Both the position numbers and the translations under genes were made by a program. Shown here in pieces: positions 43,260 through 54,431 of a DNA stretch of 64,000 bases. The stretch is from NCBI GenBank assembly GCA_963697165.1, contig CAVOMX010000011.1, forward strand, positions 96,001 through 160,000, given 5' to 3'. The stretch comes from Candidatus Bathyarchaeota archaeon (lineage in GTDB: Archaea > Thermoproteota > Bathyarchaeia > Bathyarchaeales > Bathyarchaeaceae). The notes beneath the pieces are model-generated. The model saw nothing but the letters and a program-made list of their open reading frames with translations. It was not told the DNA's origin and did not search any database. Position 1 is the first letter of the stretch, and each line of letters opens with the position of its first letter.

Positions 43260-43817
43260 ATGGAAGAGAGGGCCTATTTGCTGTTCGGCATTTTTGGACC
43301 TGCACTAGTTTACCTATCCATAATTGTGTCGCTTGTTCTTTCGCCGTGGTTCAGCTGGGAAAGCAACGCCTTAAGTGACCTTGGACACGCAGTTACCAGC
43401 AGTGCCGCCTCCATATTTAATCTAGGTTTGTTGATGGCAGGCTTTTTTCTGATGATTTATGCGGCGACGGTTTTCAAAAAGCACGCCAAGTATAGTAGCT
43501 TCTGTTTGTTGATTTCAACTTTTTTGGTTCAGTTATTAGCCACATTTAACGAGGCGTATGGTTCGCTTCATTATGCGGTGGCTGTGCCTCACTTTGTAAT
43601 GTTGAGCATCACTTCCATCGCGTATACCTTAGAAAAAAGGTCAACTTTTGCTCTTGTCACCTTTCTAATTGTCATGTTCTCGTGGTTACTTTATGCATTA
43701 AACATATTCAACATTGGAATTGCTGTTCCAGAAATGGTGTCAAAACTTGTTGTCTTATGGATAATGTACTCTGCCATCAGAATCTACTTTGGCAAAGAAT
43801 CTGTTAGTACATTGTGA
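43260..43817 (+). CDS. DUF998 membrane protein
   Basis: PWFSWESNALSDLGH..IFNLGL; AVPE. Confidence 0.8.
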   Translation: MEERAYLLFGIFGPALVYLSIIVSLVLSPWFSWESNALSDLGHAVTSSAASIFNLGLLMAGFFLMIYAATVFKKHAKYSSFCLLISTFLVQLLATFNEAYGSLHYAVAVPHFVMLSITSIAYTLEKRSTFALVTFLIVMFSWLLYALNIFNIGIAVPEMVSKLVVLWIMYSAIRIYFGKESVSTL

Positions 43818-44307
43818 TACTTCTGGTTCCAGGAAGTCTTCTTATCTTTCCGATCAGCTCTGACGGAATATCTCCTTCAAGGATTAGTGTTAATTTGGGG
43901 TGCTCACTTATGCTCGGGTCCTCTGCCAGCGCCTGCCTTATGCTAAGTCCATTCTCTGACACAATCTTTGTAACATCGGCTATTATGCCTGTCTGGCTGG
44001 CATTTTCAGGAACAAAAACAATAACGCTCAGGTTAAATTCACGAGCGACCTCCTGCAGCGAACACACTTGTCTAAGATTCATGTAGATTCTTTTCAGTTC
44101 GTTCTTTGAGAGTATTGTTTGAACGGTGCTGTCGACGGCTCGGCGTTCAACACCCACTTCCTTTCCGATTTGGGTGTGCGGTATCTCTATTCCTCCGCTG
44201 ACGACTTTACCGTCTTCTCTGACTTGGAATCCTCTATCGAACAAGAGCTGTGCAACACGTTGTTGGGCTGGAAAATCCTTGAAGAAATCCTTGATTCGAC
44301 TCCACAT
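43804..44307 (-). CDS. trpY: TrpY-like HTH-ACT regulator
   Basis: MWSRIK..F..FPAQ.RVA..GVERRAV..GLSIRQALAEDP; divergent from trpB2. Confidence 0.8.
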   Translation of the reverse strand: MWSRIKDFFKDFPAQQRVAQLLFDRGFQVREDGKVVSGGIEIPHTQIGKEVGVERRAVDSTVQTILSKNELKRIYMNLRQVCSLQEVAREFNLSVIVFVPENASQTGIIADVTKIVSENGLSIRQALAEDPSISEHPKLTLILEGDIPSELIGKIRRLPGTRSITMY

Positions 44308-44409
44308 ATGAAACCATCTCAAGGTACACTGTTGTTCGGCAAAGCTTATATAAATGCTTCAGGGTAAAAAAAGTTTATTCTCAAATCCGATAAAAGAAAG
44401 TGATTATTA

Positions 44410-45801
44410 ATGGCATCTAAAAAGATATTGTTAGACGAAGAGGAAATACCAAAACAGTGGTACAACATTTTACCCGATCTTCCCAAAGAATTGCCGCCCA
44501 TGATTCATCCAGGAACAAGGGAACCCGTGAAGCTTCCGCCTCCGTTGTTTGCACTTGAGTGCCTCAAACAGGAGTACAGCATGGAACGTTGGATAGACAT
44601 ACCTGAACCAGTTCGTGAGGCGTATCGAATCTGGAGACCTAGCCCACTATTCAGGGCAACTGGTCTAGAGAAGGCGTTGAAGACTCCAGCCAAAATTTAC
44701 TATAAGTACGAGGGAGTTAGCCCTGCAGGAAGCCACAAGACAAACACTGCTGTAGCCCAAGCATATTACGCTGCAAAAGAGGGACTAGAACGAGTGACAA
44801 CCGAAACTGGTGCAGGACAGTGGGGTTCCGCTTTGTCCTTTAGCAGCCAGTTGTTTGGAATTGACGCTACGGTTTACATGGTAAGTGCAAGCTATCACCA
44901 GAAACCATACAGAAAAGTTATGATGGAAACTTGGGGCGCCGAAGTCTTTCCAAGCCCAACGAACAGAACGAAAAGCGGCAGAGCAGTTTTGGAGACTGAC
45001 CCAAACAGCACAGGAAGTCTTGGAATAGCCATCAGCGAAGCAGTTGAAGAAGCCCTCACTACTGATAACGTAAAATATACTATAGGAAGCGTCGTTAACC
45101 ACGTTCTGCTGCATCAAACTGTTATCGGTCTTGAAACTCAGAAGCAGTTGGCGATGGTGGATGAGTATCCTGACCAGATTATCGGCTGTATAGGTGGAGG
45201 GAGCAGTTTCTCAGGACTTTTCTGGCCATACTACCACGACAAAGTCAAAGGTAAAGCCCAGAAGGAAACAGAGTTTATCGCAGTTGAGTCTTCGGCATGT
45301 CCGAAGGTTACGAAAGGATACTACACCTATGATCACGGAGACACAGCAAAAATAATACCGTTAGTCAAAATGCATACAGTAGGTCACACTTTCATACCTG
45401 CACCAATCCACGCGGGAGGATTACGGTATCATGGAATGGCTCCAACTGTCAGTCTGCTAAAAGATGAAGGCGTCATTCAATCTAGAGCATACAACCAGCT
45501 TGTAACCTTTGAAGCGGCAAAACTGTTCACCCAAACTGAGGGAATAATTCCAGCTCCTGAACCATCACACGCGATAAAAGCGGCGATTGACGAAGCAGTC
45601 AAGTGCAAAGAAACTGGCGAAGAAAAAACAATAGTGTTCCTGTTGTGCGGTCACGGACACTTCGACATGCAAGCATACGACGATTACAACCATGGCAGAA
45701 TACTTCCATATGAGTACCCCAAAGCAAAAGTCGACGAAGCTATGAAGAAACTCAAGGCTCTCTACCCGTGGCTCAACAACGAACTATGTAACATCGACTA
45801 A
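44410..45801 (+). CDS. trpB2: TrpB2-type tryptophan synthase beta
   Basis: [44 protein letters not shown]. Confidence 0.95.
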   Translation: MASKKILLDEEEIPKQWYNILPDLPKELPPMIHPGTREPVKLPPPLFALECLKQEYSMERWIDIPEPVREAYRIWRPSPLFRATGLEKALKTPAKIYYKYEGVSPAGSHKTNTAVAQAYYAAKEGLERVTTETGAGQWGSALSFSSQLFGIDATVYMVSASYHQKPYRKVMMETWGAEVFPSPTNRTKSGRAVLETDPNSTGSLGIAISEAVEEALTTDNVKYTIGSVVNHVLLHQTVIGLETQKQLAMVDEYPDQIIGCIGGGSSFSGLFWPYYHDKVKGKAQKETEFIAVESSACPKVTKGYYTYDHGDTAKIIPLVKMHTVGHTFIPAPIHAGGLRYHGMAPTVSLLKDEGVIQSRAYNQLVTFEAAKLFTQTEGIIPAPEPSHAIKAAIDEAVKCKETGEEKTIVFLLCGHGHFDMQAYDDYNHGRILPYEYPKAKVDEAMKKLKALYPWLNNELCNID

Positions 45802-45819
45802 AACAAAAACAAATCCCCC

Positions 45820-45842
45820 TCTCCTTTTCTTCTTTTTTGTTA
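45820..45842 (+). terminator. Archaeal oligo-T terminator after trpB2
   Basis: CTCCTTTTCTTCTTTTTTGTT just downstream of the stop. Confidence 0.5.
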
Positions 45843-45995
45843 CTTAAACTTTAAACTTGCAGCGGGTAGCCTGGCAATTTTTTGCTGATATTTCAGCGGT
45901 TTAGCGGTAGCAGAAAACCTGTTTCAGGTTTTGGTTTCTTGTTTTTTCATTACCTTAAAGTAACGGCTAGCCTCAGTAAATATGGGGAGCTAAAG

Positions 45996-48113
45996 TTGGT
46001 TAAAGTTTCTAAGATCACCAAAAGGGATGGGCGGATAGTAGGTTTTGATGAAACCAAGATAGCTGATGCCATATTTAAGGCGTTAAATGCTGTGGAGAAG
46101 GGAGATGAAAACTTAGCGAAAGAGCTTACGGTTGAGGTTGTGGGGCTCCTAAACGAAGGTTTTAAAGAGCAGATTCCCAGCGTCGAAAACATTCAGGACA
46201 TAGTTGAGGAGGTTCTCATCAGAAACGGTTACGCTGAGGTAGCAAAAGCATACATCTTGTATCGTCAAAAACGTGCAGAAATCCGAGAGTGTAAACAGTT
46301 CTTTGGAGTTGTTGATGATTTAAAGCTGGGAGTCAACGCAATACATGTGCTGAAAAACAGGTACCTCATGAAAGACAAAGATGGCAAAGTCACTGAGACT
46401 CCCCGCCAAATGTTTCGCAGAGTCGCCAAAGCAGTAGCCAAAGCAGACATTCTCTATGACAAAAACGCTGAGGTTGAACAGACTGAAGAAACATTTTACC
46501 AAGTTATGGTTGACAGACTTTTTCTACCTAACTCTCCGACCCTCATGAATGCAGGCACCAGACTGGGGCAGCTTTCCGCCTGTTTCGTCTTGCCTGTCGA
46601 GGATTCGATTGAGGGTATATTCACTACCCTGAAGTACATGGCGATAATTCATCAGTCAGGTGGAGGAACAGGCTTCTCTTTCTCTAAGCTACGACCTGCA
46701 GGAGATATAGTGGGCTCAACCAAGGGCGTAGCCTCTGGTCCAGTCTCGTTTATGACAATCTATGACGCTGCAACAAACGTCATTAAGCAGGGAGGACGAA
46801 GAAGAGGAGCTAACATGGCAATTTTGGATGTGACCCATCCCGACATTTTACGGTTTATTGAAGCAAAGTCCCAAGAAGGAATCTTGACGAACTTTAACAT
46901 TTCAGTCGCAGTTACGGACAAGTTTATGGATGCAGTGGAGAACAATGCAGAATATGATCTGATAAATCCTCGAAGCGGAAAGGCTGAAAAGAAACTACGG
47001 GCTCGTCACGTTTTTGATTTGTTGGTCGCCAATGCTTGGAGAACAGGAGACCCCGGTCTTGTATTCATTGATGAGATAAATAGGCATAATCCAACTCCGC
47101 AGGTGGGAAAGATATTGAGCACAAACCCGTGTGGAGAACAACCCCTTCTGCCCTTCGAATCATGCAATCTGGGTTCTATCAACTTGGCCATGATGGTGAA
47201 GGACAGTGATGTGGACTGGGAGAAGCTGAAGCGTGTCGTTGGAATTGCGGTTCATTTTTTGGATAACGTTATTGACGTTAACAGGTATCCTGTGCCGGAA
47301 ATCGGGGCGCTCACTAGGGCTAACAGAAAAATTGGTTTGGGCGTAATGGGCTTTGCGGACATGCTCATTATGCTGGGTATTCCTTACGATTCGGAGGAAG
47401 CGTTAGCCCTAGCAGAAAAGGTAATGAAATTCATCAGTGACGAGGCTACGAAGAAATCTGTTGAGACTGGCGAGAAACGTGGAGCTTTCCTCAATTTTAG
47501 AGGTAGCCTCTGGGAAAAGAAAGACTACAAGACAATCCGCAACTCTACGGTCACAACAGTTGCACCCACTGGAACCATAAGCATAATTGCTGGTTGCTCC
47601 GGAGGAATAGAGCCAATCTTCGCCGTGGCTTTTGTTCGAAACGTTATGGATGGCTCAAGGCTGCTGGAGATTCAGCCAACATTTGAAAAGCTGACAAAGC
47701 AGAGAGACTTTAGCCGCAGGGACTTGATTTTGGATGTCGCAAAAACTGGTTCCATACAGAAAATGGAAGATGTTCCAGAGGATACGCGAAGAATCTTTGT
47801 TACATCTTTGGATATTGACCCCAAGTGGCATGTGCGGATGCAGGCGGCGTTCCAGAAGTATGTTGATAATGCGGTGTCCAAGACGGTTAACCTTCCGTCC
47901 TACGCTACCATGGAGGATGTTAGGCGGGTGTATCTGCTGGCTTACAAGCTGAAGTGTAAAGGCATAACAGTTTATCGTTACGGAAGCAAGACAGAGCAGG
48001 TTCTAAATGTTGGTCCAATGTTAACCAAAGAATTGGCTACCGAGAAGCATATGAACTCAGACTCCGAGTATGCAGGCGACTGCCCTCGATGTACACCCTC
48101 TCTAGCGTTTTAG
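45996..48113 (+). CDS. nrdJ: Class II (B12-dependent) ribonucleotide reductase with ATP cone
   Basis: ITKRDG ATP cone, PNSPTL, QLSACF, NPCGE, APTGT, C-terminal CxxC. Confidence 0.95.
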   Translation: MVKVSKITKRDGRIVGFDETKIADAIFKALNAVEKGDENLAKELTVEVVGLLNEGFKEQIPSVENIQDIVEEVLIRNGYAEVAKAYILYRQKRAEIRECKQFFGVVDDLKLGVNAIHVLKNRYLMKDKDGKVTETPRQMFRRVAKAVAKADILYDKNAEVEQTEETFYQVMVDRLFLPNSPTLMNAGTRLGQLSACFVLPVEDSIEGIFTTLKYMAIIHQSGGGTGFSFSKLRPAGDIVGSTKGVASGPVSFMTIYDAATNVIKQGGRRRGANMAILDVTHPDILRFIEAKSQEGILTNFNISVAVTDKFMDAVENNAEYDLINPRSGKAEKKLRARHVFDLLVANAWRTGDPGLVFIDEINRHNPTPQVGKILSTNPCGEQPLLPFESCNLGSINLAMMVKDSDVDWEKLKRVVGIAVHFLDNVIDVNRYPVPEIGALTRANRKIGLGVMGFADMLIMLGIPYDSEEALALAEKVMKFISDEATKKSVETGEKRGAFLNFRGSLWEKKDYKTIRNSTVTTVAPTGTISIIAGCSGGIEPIFAVAFVRNVMDGSRLLEIQPTFEKLTKQRDFSRRDLILDVAKTGSIQKMEDVPEDTRRIFVTSLDIDPKWHVRMQAAFQKYVDNAVSKTVNLPSYATMEDVRRVYLLAYKLKCKGITVYRYGSKTEQVLNVGPMLTKELATEKHMNSDSEYAGDCPRCTPSLAF

Positions 48114-48207
48114 ATGACAGTTTGTTCCTAACAGTAATGACAGAAGTATTTTTAGATAATCACTGCAAATGATTAATAAACCCAAAACGTGCCCTTAGTC
48201 TAAACGG

Positions 48208-48753
48208 TTGGTGTTCAAGATTTACTGCACGAAATGCGGCGAAAAACTGCCTGAAGACTCAAAGTTTTGCACCAAATGTGGAACCCCAGTAACGACTGAA
48301 GCAAAATCAGAGAGCACAGTTGTTGAAAGGTTTGAAAAAGATACACAACTGCAGGAACACTGGATAAAAAGATTAATTGCATATGTCATCGATTACATAA
48401 TTGTGAGCATCGCAACTGGAATTTTGCTTGCCATTGCACAATTGCCGTTCTTTATACTAAATCCTTTAGGGTGGGTTAACCAATTTAGTTTCCAATTTGC
48501 CATAGGCGTACTCGCTGTTATTTATTTCATTATCGCAGAGACCGTTTATGGTACCACAATTGGTAAGAATTTAATGGGTCTCAAAGTTGTTACAACATCC
48601 GATGAAAAGATAAGCATTGAAAAAGCGTTTATACGAAACATAAGCAAAATCCATCCAGTCCTACCTATTTTGGACGTAGTCGGCGGCGTAATAACTTCAA
48701 CAGACCTTCACCAAAAGTACAGCGATCGAATAGCAAACACCACAGTTATTTAG
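48208..48753 (+). CDS. Zinc-ribbon plus RDD domain membrane protein
   Basis: CTKCG..FCTKCG; RLIAYVID; TIGK..MGLKV; DRIANT. Confidence 0.88.
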   Translation: MVFKIYCTKCGEKLPEDSKFCTKCGTPVTTEAKSESTVVERFEKDTQLQEHWIKRLIAYVIDYIIVSIATGILLAIAQLPFFILNPLGWVNQFSFQFAIGVLAVIYFIIAETVYGTTIGKNLMGLKVVTTSDEKISIEKAFIRNISKIHPVLPILDVVGGVITSTDLHQKYSDRIANTTVI

Positions 48754-48809
48754 ATCACAGATTCTGTCAAAACATAGGTTGTCTGGAAACCTAACATTTA
48801 AGCAAATAG

Positions 48810-49289
48810 TTAGATTTTTGAAACCGCTATAACTGCTGCTCTTGCAATCAGGGAAACGCCGACAATTATTATTAGCGTGGACCAAAAGACGAACCATTGC
48901 GTGTTTTCGATAAGGAATAACTGGATTAGAAAGGCTGCTCCTGTCCAGTAAACAAAGTTACCCACGGTTTCTGATCTTTTTTCCCATGACGAAGGAATAA
49001 CGAATCGTAATGCCAAGATGAAGATTTGGAATACAGCCAATGCTATGCTGAATTGTCCAACAGCCTGATAGACTGTCAAGTGTTGAAACGGAAACTCTGG
49101 TCCAATGAATGCCACGTCCGTGTGGGGGACATTAATCAGACCAAAACTTTTTAAGAAGTCCAGAATCTTGTCAAAAAGGTTAGGTGTGATTACAAAAATT
49201 GTTCCCACAAGAAGCAGGAAAAATCCGACAGAAATGGCGGTAAAGACTCCCTCTGGATATTTGCGGTGTGTCTCATTGTTTTCGTTCAA
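48810..49289 (-). CDS. Hypothetical membrane protein
   Basis: About four TM segments; GAGGTG SD-like motif before TTG. Confidence 0.7.
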   Translation of the reverse strand: MNENNETHRKYPEGVFTAISVGFFLLLVGTIFVITPNLFDKILDFLKSFGLINVPHTDVAFIGPEFPFQHLTVYQAVGQFSIALAVFQIFILALRFVIPSSWEKRSETVGNFVYWTGAAFLIQLFLIENTQWFVFWSTLIIIVGVSLIARAAVIAVSKI

Positions 49290-49412
49290 ACAATTCCACC
49301 TCACTTATTGTTTTCTTACTGTAAGCGCTTATAATATTTCTCTATGAATAATTATAGGGTATATGTTTTAAATACTCATCATTGAAATAATAAATGGTTA
49401 GATTTGTGAAAG

Positions 49413-49829
49413 GTGAAAGTTATGACTTACTGTCATAAGTGTGGCTCAGAAGTCAAGGAAGAAAATTCATTTTGCTCCCAGTGCGGCGCCGCTCTGAAGG
49501 CTGGAGAACCTAGACCATCTATTGCGCCTGAACGTTACAGAAGCGAAAAGGCAGAAAAACAGGAAAAAAATGAGAAACATGAAAAAGACGAAAAGATGGA
49601 GAAAGGCGGACAACAAGAAAAATATGAGAAGAAAGAGTTCGGCGTTTTAGGTCCACTAATCGGCGGAGTTATCCTGATACTAGTTGGCTTTATGCTGTAT
49701 CTTTCAGTGTCTGGAATTCTTAACATGAGTTCCATCTTTCCCATATTCTTAATCATAATTGGCGCAATCGTTATACTAGGCGTTGCAATAGGCGCAGTTA
49801 TGGCTAAGAGAAAGAATCCGAGACCCTAA
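49413..49829 (+). CDS. Zinc-ribbon protein with EKxEK linker and two TM helices
   Basis: CHKCG..FCSQCG, then EK-rich repeat, then hydrophobic hairpin. Confidence 0.8.
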   Translation: MKVMTYCHKCGSEVKEENSFCSQCGAALKAGEPRPSIAPERYRSEKAEKQEKNEKHEKDEKMEKGGQQEKYEKKEFGVLGPLIGGVILILVGFMLYLSVSGILNMSSIFPIFLIIIGAIVILGVAIGAVMAKRKNPRP

Positions 49830-49868
49830 AAGTTCATGCAGCATTTTCCTTTGAACTAAACGTGCCAT

Positions 49869-51020
49869 ATGCTCTTGTTTGTCGATGGGACAGCAATGAT
49901 TGGCGTAGACATCCTAAAACACATTGTTAATCCTTGGCTTGAAGCCTTAAAGAATCCTGCAGAGGCACAGCAGCAAGTCCTAGAGAAACTGCTTGAAGGC
50001 TACGCCAAAACAGGTTACGGAAAAACCCATTATGCTAACGAAACCAAAGACGGTTCTATGTTTTGCGCAAACTTTCCAACAATCAACTATGCTGGTCTAA
50101 GTCCATATCTTGAAGAAGTTAAAGCAGGAAACTACTCTGCCATACTGTCTGAGCCGCCATTATGCTGGGTTATGACCAGAGGCTCCACAGGCAATTCCAA
50201 GGTTCTTCCAGTTACCAAGACCCATATTGAACAGATTTTTTATTGTGGAGCACGAGCAATAACAAACTATGCCCTCAGAATGAACAGCATGGATGTTCTG
50301 TCGGGAAAGATACTGAACCTTAATTTTCCGTCTACAGTAACCACCACAGATGCTGGTGGACAAACGATCACTTATGGATACAGCTCAGGAACCTACGCGA
50401 AACTAAATCCAATGCTTAATCAGGTTAGCCTTCTACCCAGACAGGAGGAAATAGATGCGTTGGGCTCAGGCATCAGCAGACTTGATTGGGAGAAACGGTT
50501 CGAGCTGGTTTATCAGTCTGCCCTGAATCAGCCTGTGGTGGCCGTTATTGGCGTAACGCCTGTGATTCTTTCTTTTGCCCGATACATTAAGCGAAGACAT
50601 GGAAAACAGCCTAAAGACCTGTGGAACTTTAAGGGGCTCATCTGCACCAGCGTGAGAAAGATCCAGTTCAAGTATGGACCTGTTCTCAGGAAACATTTCG
50701 GTGAAGTTCCGATAGTTGAGATGTACAGCGCCACCGAGGGAGCGTTTGCACAGCAGCTTGACGATTTGCCGTATGTTTCTCCAAATTATGATACTTACTA
50801 TTTTGAGGTTGAGACCAGCAAAGACACCAAGATGCTCCACGAACTAAAACGGGGCGAATGGGGGCGGCTCATAATATCGTCTTGCCTGTTTCCCAGATAT
50901 GATATAGGCGATATGATTGAAGCTATGGGAAAAAACTATTTCCGCATATTCGGAAGAGCCAAACCACTAACAATCCTTGAGCACAAGCTATATAGGCTAT
51001 TTTTTAGCGGATTCCTCTAA
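49869..51020 (+). CDS. GH3 (auxin-responsive) family acyl-adenylating protein, short form
   Basis: TRGSTG..K..PVT, YSATEG, RYDIGD, IFGR. Confidence 0.8.
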   Translation: MLLFVDGTAMIGVDILKHIVNPWLEALKNPAEAQQQVLEKLLEGYAKTGYGKTHYANETKDGSMFCANFPTINYAGLSPYLEEVKAGNYSAILSEPPLCWVMTRGSTGNSKVLPVTKTHIEQIFYCGARAITNYALRMNSMDVLSGKILNLNFPSTVTTTDAGGQTITYGYSSGTYAKLNPMLNQVSLLPRQEEIDALGSGISRLDWEKRFELVYQSALNQPVVAVIGVTPVILSFARYIKRRHGKQPKDLWNFKGLICTSVRKIQFKYGPVLRKHFGEVPIVEMYSATEGAFAQQLDDLPYVSPNYDTYYFEVETSKDTKMLHELKRGEWGRLIISSCLFPRYDIGDMIEAMGKNYFRIFGRAKPLTILEHKLYRLFFSGFL

Positions 51021-51553
51021 ACATTAGGTTGTAATGAATAATGGTCTACGAAGGATGAGTCAAGTGGATACAATATTGCAAGAAATAAGCTTGTTTTCAA
51101 CAATCAACTGTTCTTAGTCTCCAAATCCATTTTTTTCCTACTATTAGTAAATAGCTATTTTTGACATAACCACTGATTTTGGGTTTGGAGCTAAAATCTA
51201 AGGGGTACGTATTATTTGCAGAATCGATAGTAAACATTTTTATTCAACAATGGAACCTGAATATTTATTATATCAGGGGAATCAATTGCCCAAATCATCG
51301 GAATCGTAATACTTTCCGTGTTGATGCTAATATTCAGCTTTGTCTTTTACGAACGCGGTGAAGGAAATATATCACTCATTCTGTTGTTCGCAAGCATAGC
51401 TCTGGCATTTATTTTAGTATTCTACCACTTTGGTTCAAAAAAACCATCAAACTAAGAATACATTTTTAGCAATCAGCTAAAAATGCGCTAAGTATTAGCC
51501 ATTCGATTTTTACTTCTAATTGTTTTTTTTGGTAATTTATATAACAGTCTAAC

Positions 51554-52498
51554 GTGAAGAAGTATCTGGAGTTTGTGGAGAGGTCGCTTGTGCATTTGCT
51601 TACTCTTAGAAATTGGTCTTCAAAAGAGATTGAAGATATTGTTGATTGTTCGTTGAAGGTCAAGAAGAGTCCTGTGGATTACGAGTTTGTTTTGGAGGAC
51701 AATTCTTTGGCGATGATCTTTCAGAAGACGTCAACTCGGACTAGGCTCTCGTTTGAGGTGGCTATGACCCAGCTTGGTGGGCACTCCATCTACATGGATT
51801 GGATGACAACGAATCTAGTTTTGGCTGATCTTGGGGATGAAATGCGGTCTATTTCGGGTTATGTTGACGCGATTATGGCACGTGTTTTGCGGAATTCTGA
51901 GTTGCGGGCTATGGCTGAGGCTTCCAGTGTTCCTGTAATAAATGGATGCGACGAAAAGTATCATCCTTGCCAGATTATCGCCGACTTGGTGACCATCAAA
52001 GAGAAGAAGGGAAAGCTGAAGGGGCTTAAGCTTGCATACATTGGAGTGCACAATAACATTTGCAACTCATTGATTGAGGGTTGCACCAGAACAGGAATGA
52101 AGATAGTAACTGTTACGCCCGTTGTGAATGAGGCTTCTGTTGATGAGGAGCTACTGGAGGCAGCGAAAGCCACGGGCTTGTATGAAAATTCTATTGATGT
52201 TAAAGCAGCTGTTGAGGACTCTGACGTGGTTTACACGGATACGTGGGTGGATATGGAGTTTTTCTTGGACGAGAAGTTCAAGAAGGAGAAGGAGAAACGA
52301 GTTAAGCTGATGCTTCCTTATCAGGTAAACAGGAAACTTTTGGGAAAGACTGATGCTCTGATAATGCATGATATGCCAATCCACAGAGGCTACGAAATAG
52401 CCGACGACATCATTAATGACCCCAACTCGGTAATCTACATCCAAAGCGAAAACAGGCTACACTCAGCAAAAGCGATACTCCTAAAACTTTTAGGGTAA
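51554..52498 (+). CDS. argF: Ornithine carbamoyltransferase
   Basis: STRTR, HPCQ, YTDTWVDM, MHDMP, ENRLH. Confidence 0.92.
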   Translation: MKKYLEFVERSLVHLLTLRNWSSKEIEDIVDCSLKVKKSPVDYEFVLEDNSLAMIFQKTSTRTRLSFEVAMTQLGGHSIYMDWMTTNLVLADLGDEMRSISGYVDAIMARVLRNSELRAMAEASSVPVINGCDEKYHPCQIIADLVTIKEKKGKLKGLKLAYIGVHNNICNSLIEGCTRTGMKIVTVTPVVNEASVDEELLEAAKATGLYENSIDVKAAVEDSDVVYTDTWVDMEFFLDEKFKKEKEKRVKLMLPYQVNRKLLGKTDALIMHDMPIHRGYEIADDIINDPNSVIYIQSENRLHSAKAILLKLLG

Positions 52499-52666
52499 AC
52501 TCTGCTTGTTTAGTCAGATTAGAGCCTTTGGGTGGAATGTTCTATGCCAATCATCCCAGAGTTTCCATCATAGATAAGACTGCCACTACTCTTGACAGCA
52601 ACCCTAGTAACCATATCTACAGAAAGAAACTGACAGAAAAAAGGGCATTTGAATATTTAACGAAGA

Positions 52667-54361
52667 TTAGCCTTTGTATTTGTTGATCATCGGCATTTTC
52701 CATCCTATGCCGAAAGCTTTGGGCGTGATTTTGATGCATGGTGTCGCCTGCCGCCTCTTATACTCCGAGTTTCTGATTCGCATGTACGTGTCTTCAACAG
52801 CATCTCGCGGATAACCCAACTCAATCAAGTCATGCTTGCTTCTGCGGTTTTCTATTATTTCGTCAACCAGCGGACTTACAACATCAAAATCGAATGGGTC
52901 AAACTGGAACGCTTTAAGTTCAGGCGACGGTTTCTTCTCCAATACATTCTTTGGTATCACCTGTTTGCCTGCCTTCTTGTTCACGTATTCTGCGAGCTTG
53001 TAGACCTCCAGCTTGCTCACGTCGCCAAGAGCCCCGATTCCACCAGCCATATCCCCATATAATGTGCAGTAGCCGAGTGCAACCTCAGTCTTGTTTCCAG
53101 TATTTAGTACCAAAATTTTCAGGTCTTTGAGTCGGTTGGATATGTCCATTAGAAGGTTTCCTCTGGCTCTGGGCTGAATGTTCTCGTCGGCAACAGAATC
53201 GTCAGCTTCCTTGGTTACACCAAAATGTTTTCGCAACTGATCCAAAGGCGCGTCCAACGCTTTGCGGTAACTGCCAACAATATCCTGTATCCCAACCTTG
53301 ACAAAACATATACCAAGATTTTCAGCCAACTGCTCAGCATCCGTTTTACTGTGGTCACTAGAGAATCTTGAAGGCATAGAAACTCCAATGACATTCTCTT
53401 TGCCTAGGGCTTCAACGGCTATGCATATAGTTACTGACGAGTCGATTCCGCCGCTCATCCCAACAACAGCCTTCTCAAAGCCAGTCTTCATGAAATAATC
53501 ATGTATCCCCAAAACTAGCGCGTTGAACATTTCCTGCGTCTTATCATGCACGGGAGTTTCGATTTTCTGGGCGGCGCCTTCTTCCAAGTCAATGTTAGTA
53601 ATCACCAAATCTTCCTCAAACTGCTTGCCTAAAGCTATCAGGTTGCCCGTTTTATCCATTGCAATGCTGTGACCATCAAAAACAAGCTCATCCTGTCCCC
53701 CAACAAGATTCACGTAGAACATGGGCACCCCATTTTTTGTTACCTTCTCTTTTAGCAACCTGTTTCGTTCAAGATGCTTTCCGACAAGAAAAGGCGAAGC
53801 AGAAATGTTAACAATCAACTCCGCACCCTTTTCAGCCAGCAAATCCGTGACTTTCACGTCATAATTCTGGTCCCACAGGTCCTCACAAATTTCTATGCCC
53901 AACTTGACCGGCTTTCCATTTAATGCAATTGATAATGGCGTGATTTCCTCCTCTCTTGCGGGCTTGAAGTATCGGTCTTCATCAAACACGTCATACGTTG
54001 GCAAAAGCGTCTTGTAAACTATGCCAACTATTTGGTTTTTGTTAAATACGGCTGCAGCATTATACAACTCCTTTCCCATGTAGTCAACAAAACCGACCAC
54101 CCCAACAACATCAACACCGTTACACCTAATCATTTCCTCGAGTACCTTTTTGTTTTTTTCAACAAACCCGTTCTCAAGCAGCAAATCCTGAGGCGGATAA
54201 CCAGTAACTGCTAATTCAGGAAAAACAACCAAATCGGCTCCGCAGCGTTTTGCCTCAACAAGAAACCTCTTTATCTTCGAGACGTTTCCTTCCAAGTCTC
54301 CCACGGTCGAATTAATCTGAGCCATTGCAACCCTCAACATTTTTCCTCCCGCTTCTAACAT
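52667..54361 (-). CDS. nadE: Glutamine-dependent NAD+ synthetase
   Basis: Nitrilase domain (FPEL, K, ICEDLW) plus SGGIDS, TGNKTE, GYCTLYGD. Confidence 0.95.
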   Translation of the reverse strand: MLEAGGKMLRVAMAQINSTVGDLEGNVSKIKRFLVEAKRCGADLVVFPELAVTGYPPQDLLLENGFVEKNKKVLEEMIRCNGVDVVGVVGFVDYMGKELYNAAAVFNKNQIVGIVYKTLLPTYDVFDEDRYFKPAREEEITPLSIALNGKPVKLGIEICEDLWDQNYDVKVTDLLAEKGAELIVNISASPFLVGKHLERNRLLKEKVTKNGVPMFYVNLVGGQDELVFDGHSIAMDKTGNLIALGKQFEEDLVITNIDLEEGAAQKIETPVHDKTQEMFNALVLGIHDYFMKTGFEKAVVGMSGGIDSSVTICIAVEALGKENVIGVSMPSRFSSDHSKTDAEQLAENLGICFVKVGIQDIVGSYRKALDAPLDQLRKHFGVTKEADDSVADENIQPRARGNLLMDISNRLKDLKILVLNTGNKTEVALGYCTLYGDMAGGIGALGDVSKLEVYKLAEYVNKKAGKQVIPKNVLEKKPSPELKAFQFDPFDFDVVSPLVDEIIENRRSKHDLIELGYPRDAVEDTYMRIRNSEYKRRQATPCIKITPKAFGIGWKMPMINKYKG

Positions 54362-54431
54362 AACCCCGAAAACGCAGAAATTACGTTACCAAACTTAAAT
54401 GAAACGTTTATCCCTAAAAAAGATGATTCTT

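Noticed and set aside
49535..49635. GAAAA-rich short-period repeat
   Set aside because: Encodes the EKxEK low-complexity linker; not an independent element
51021..51470. AT-rich stretch with a hydrophobic reading-frame remnant
   Set aside because: Fragmented, with no clear start or family
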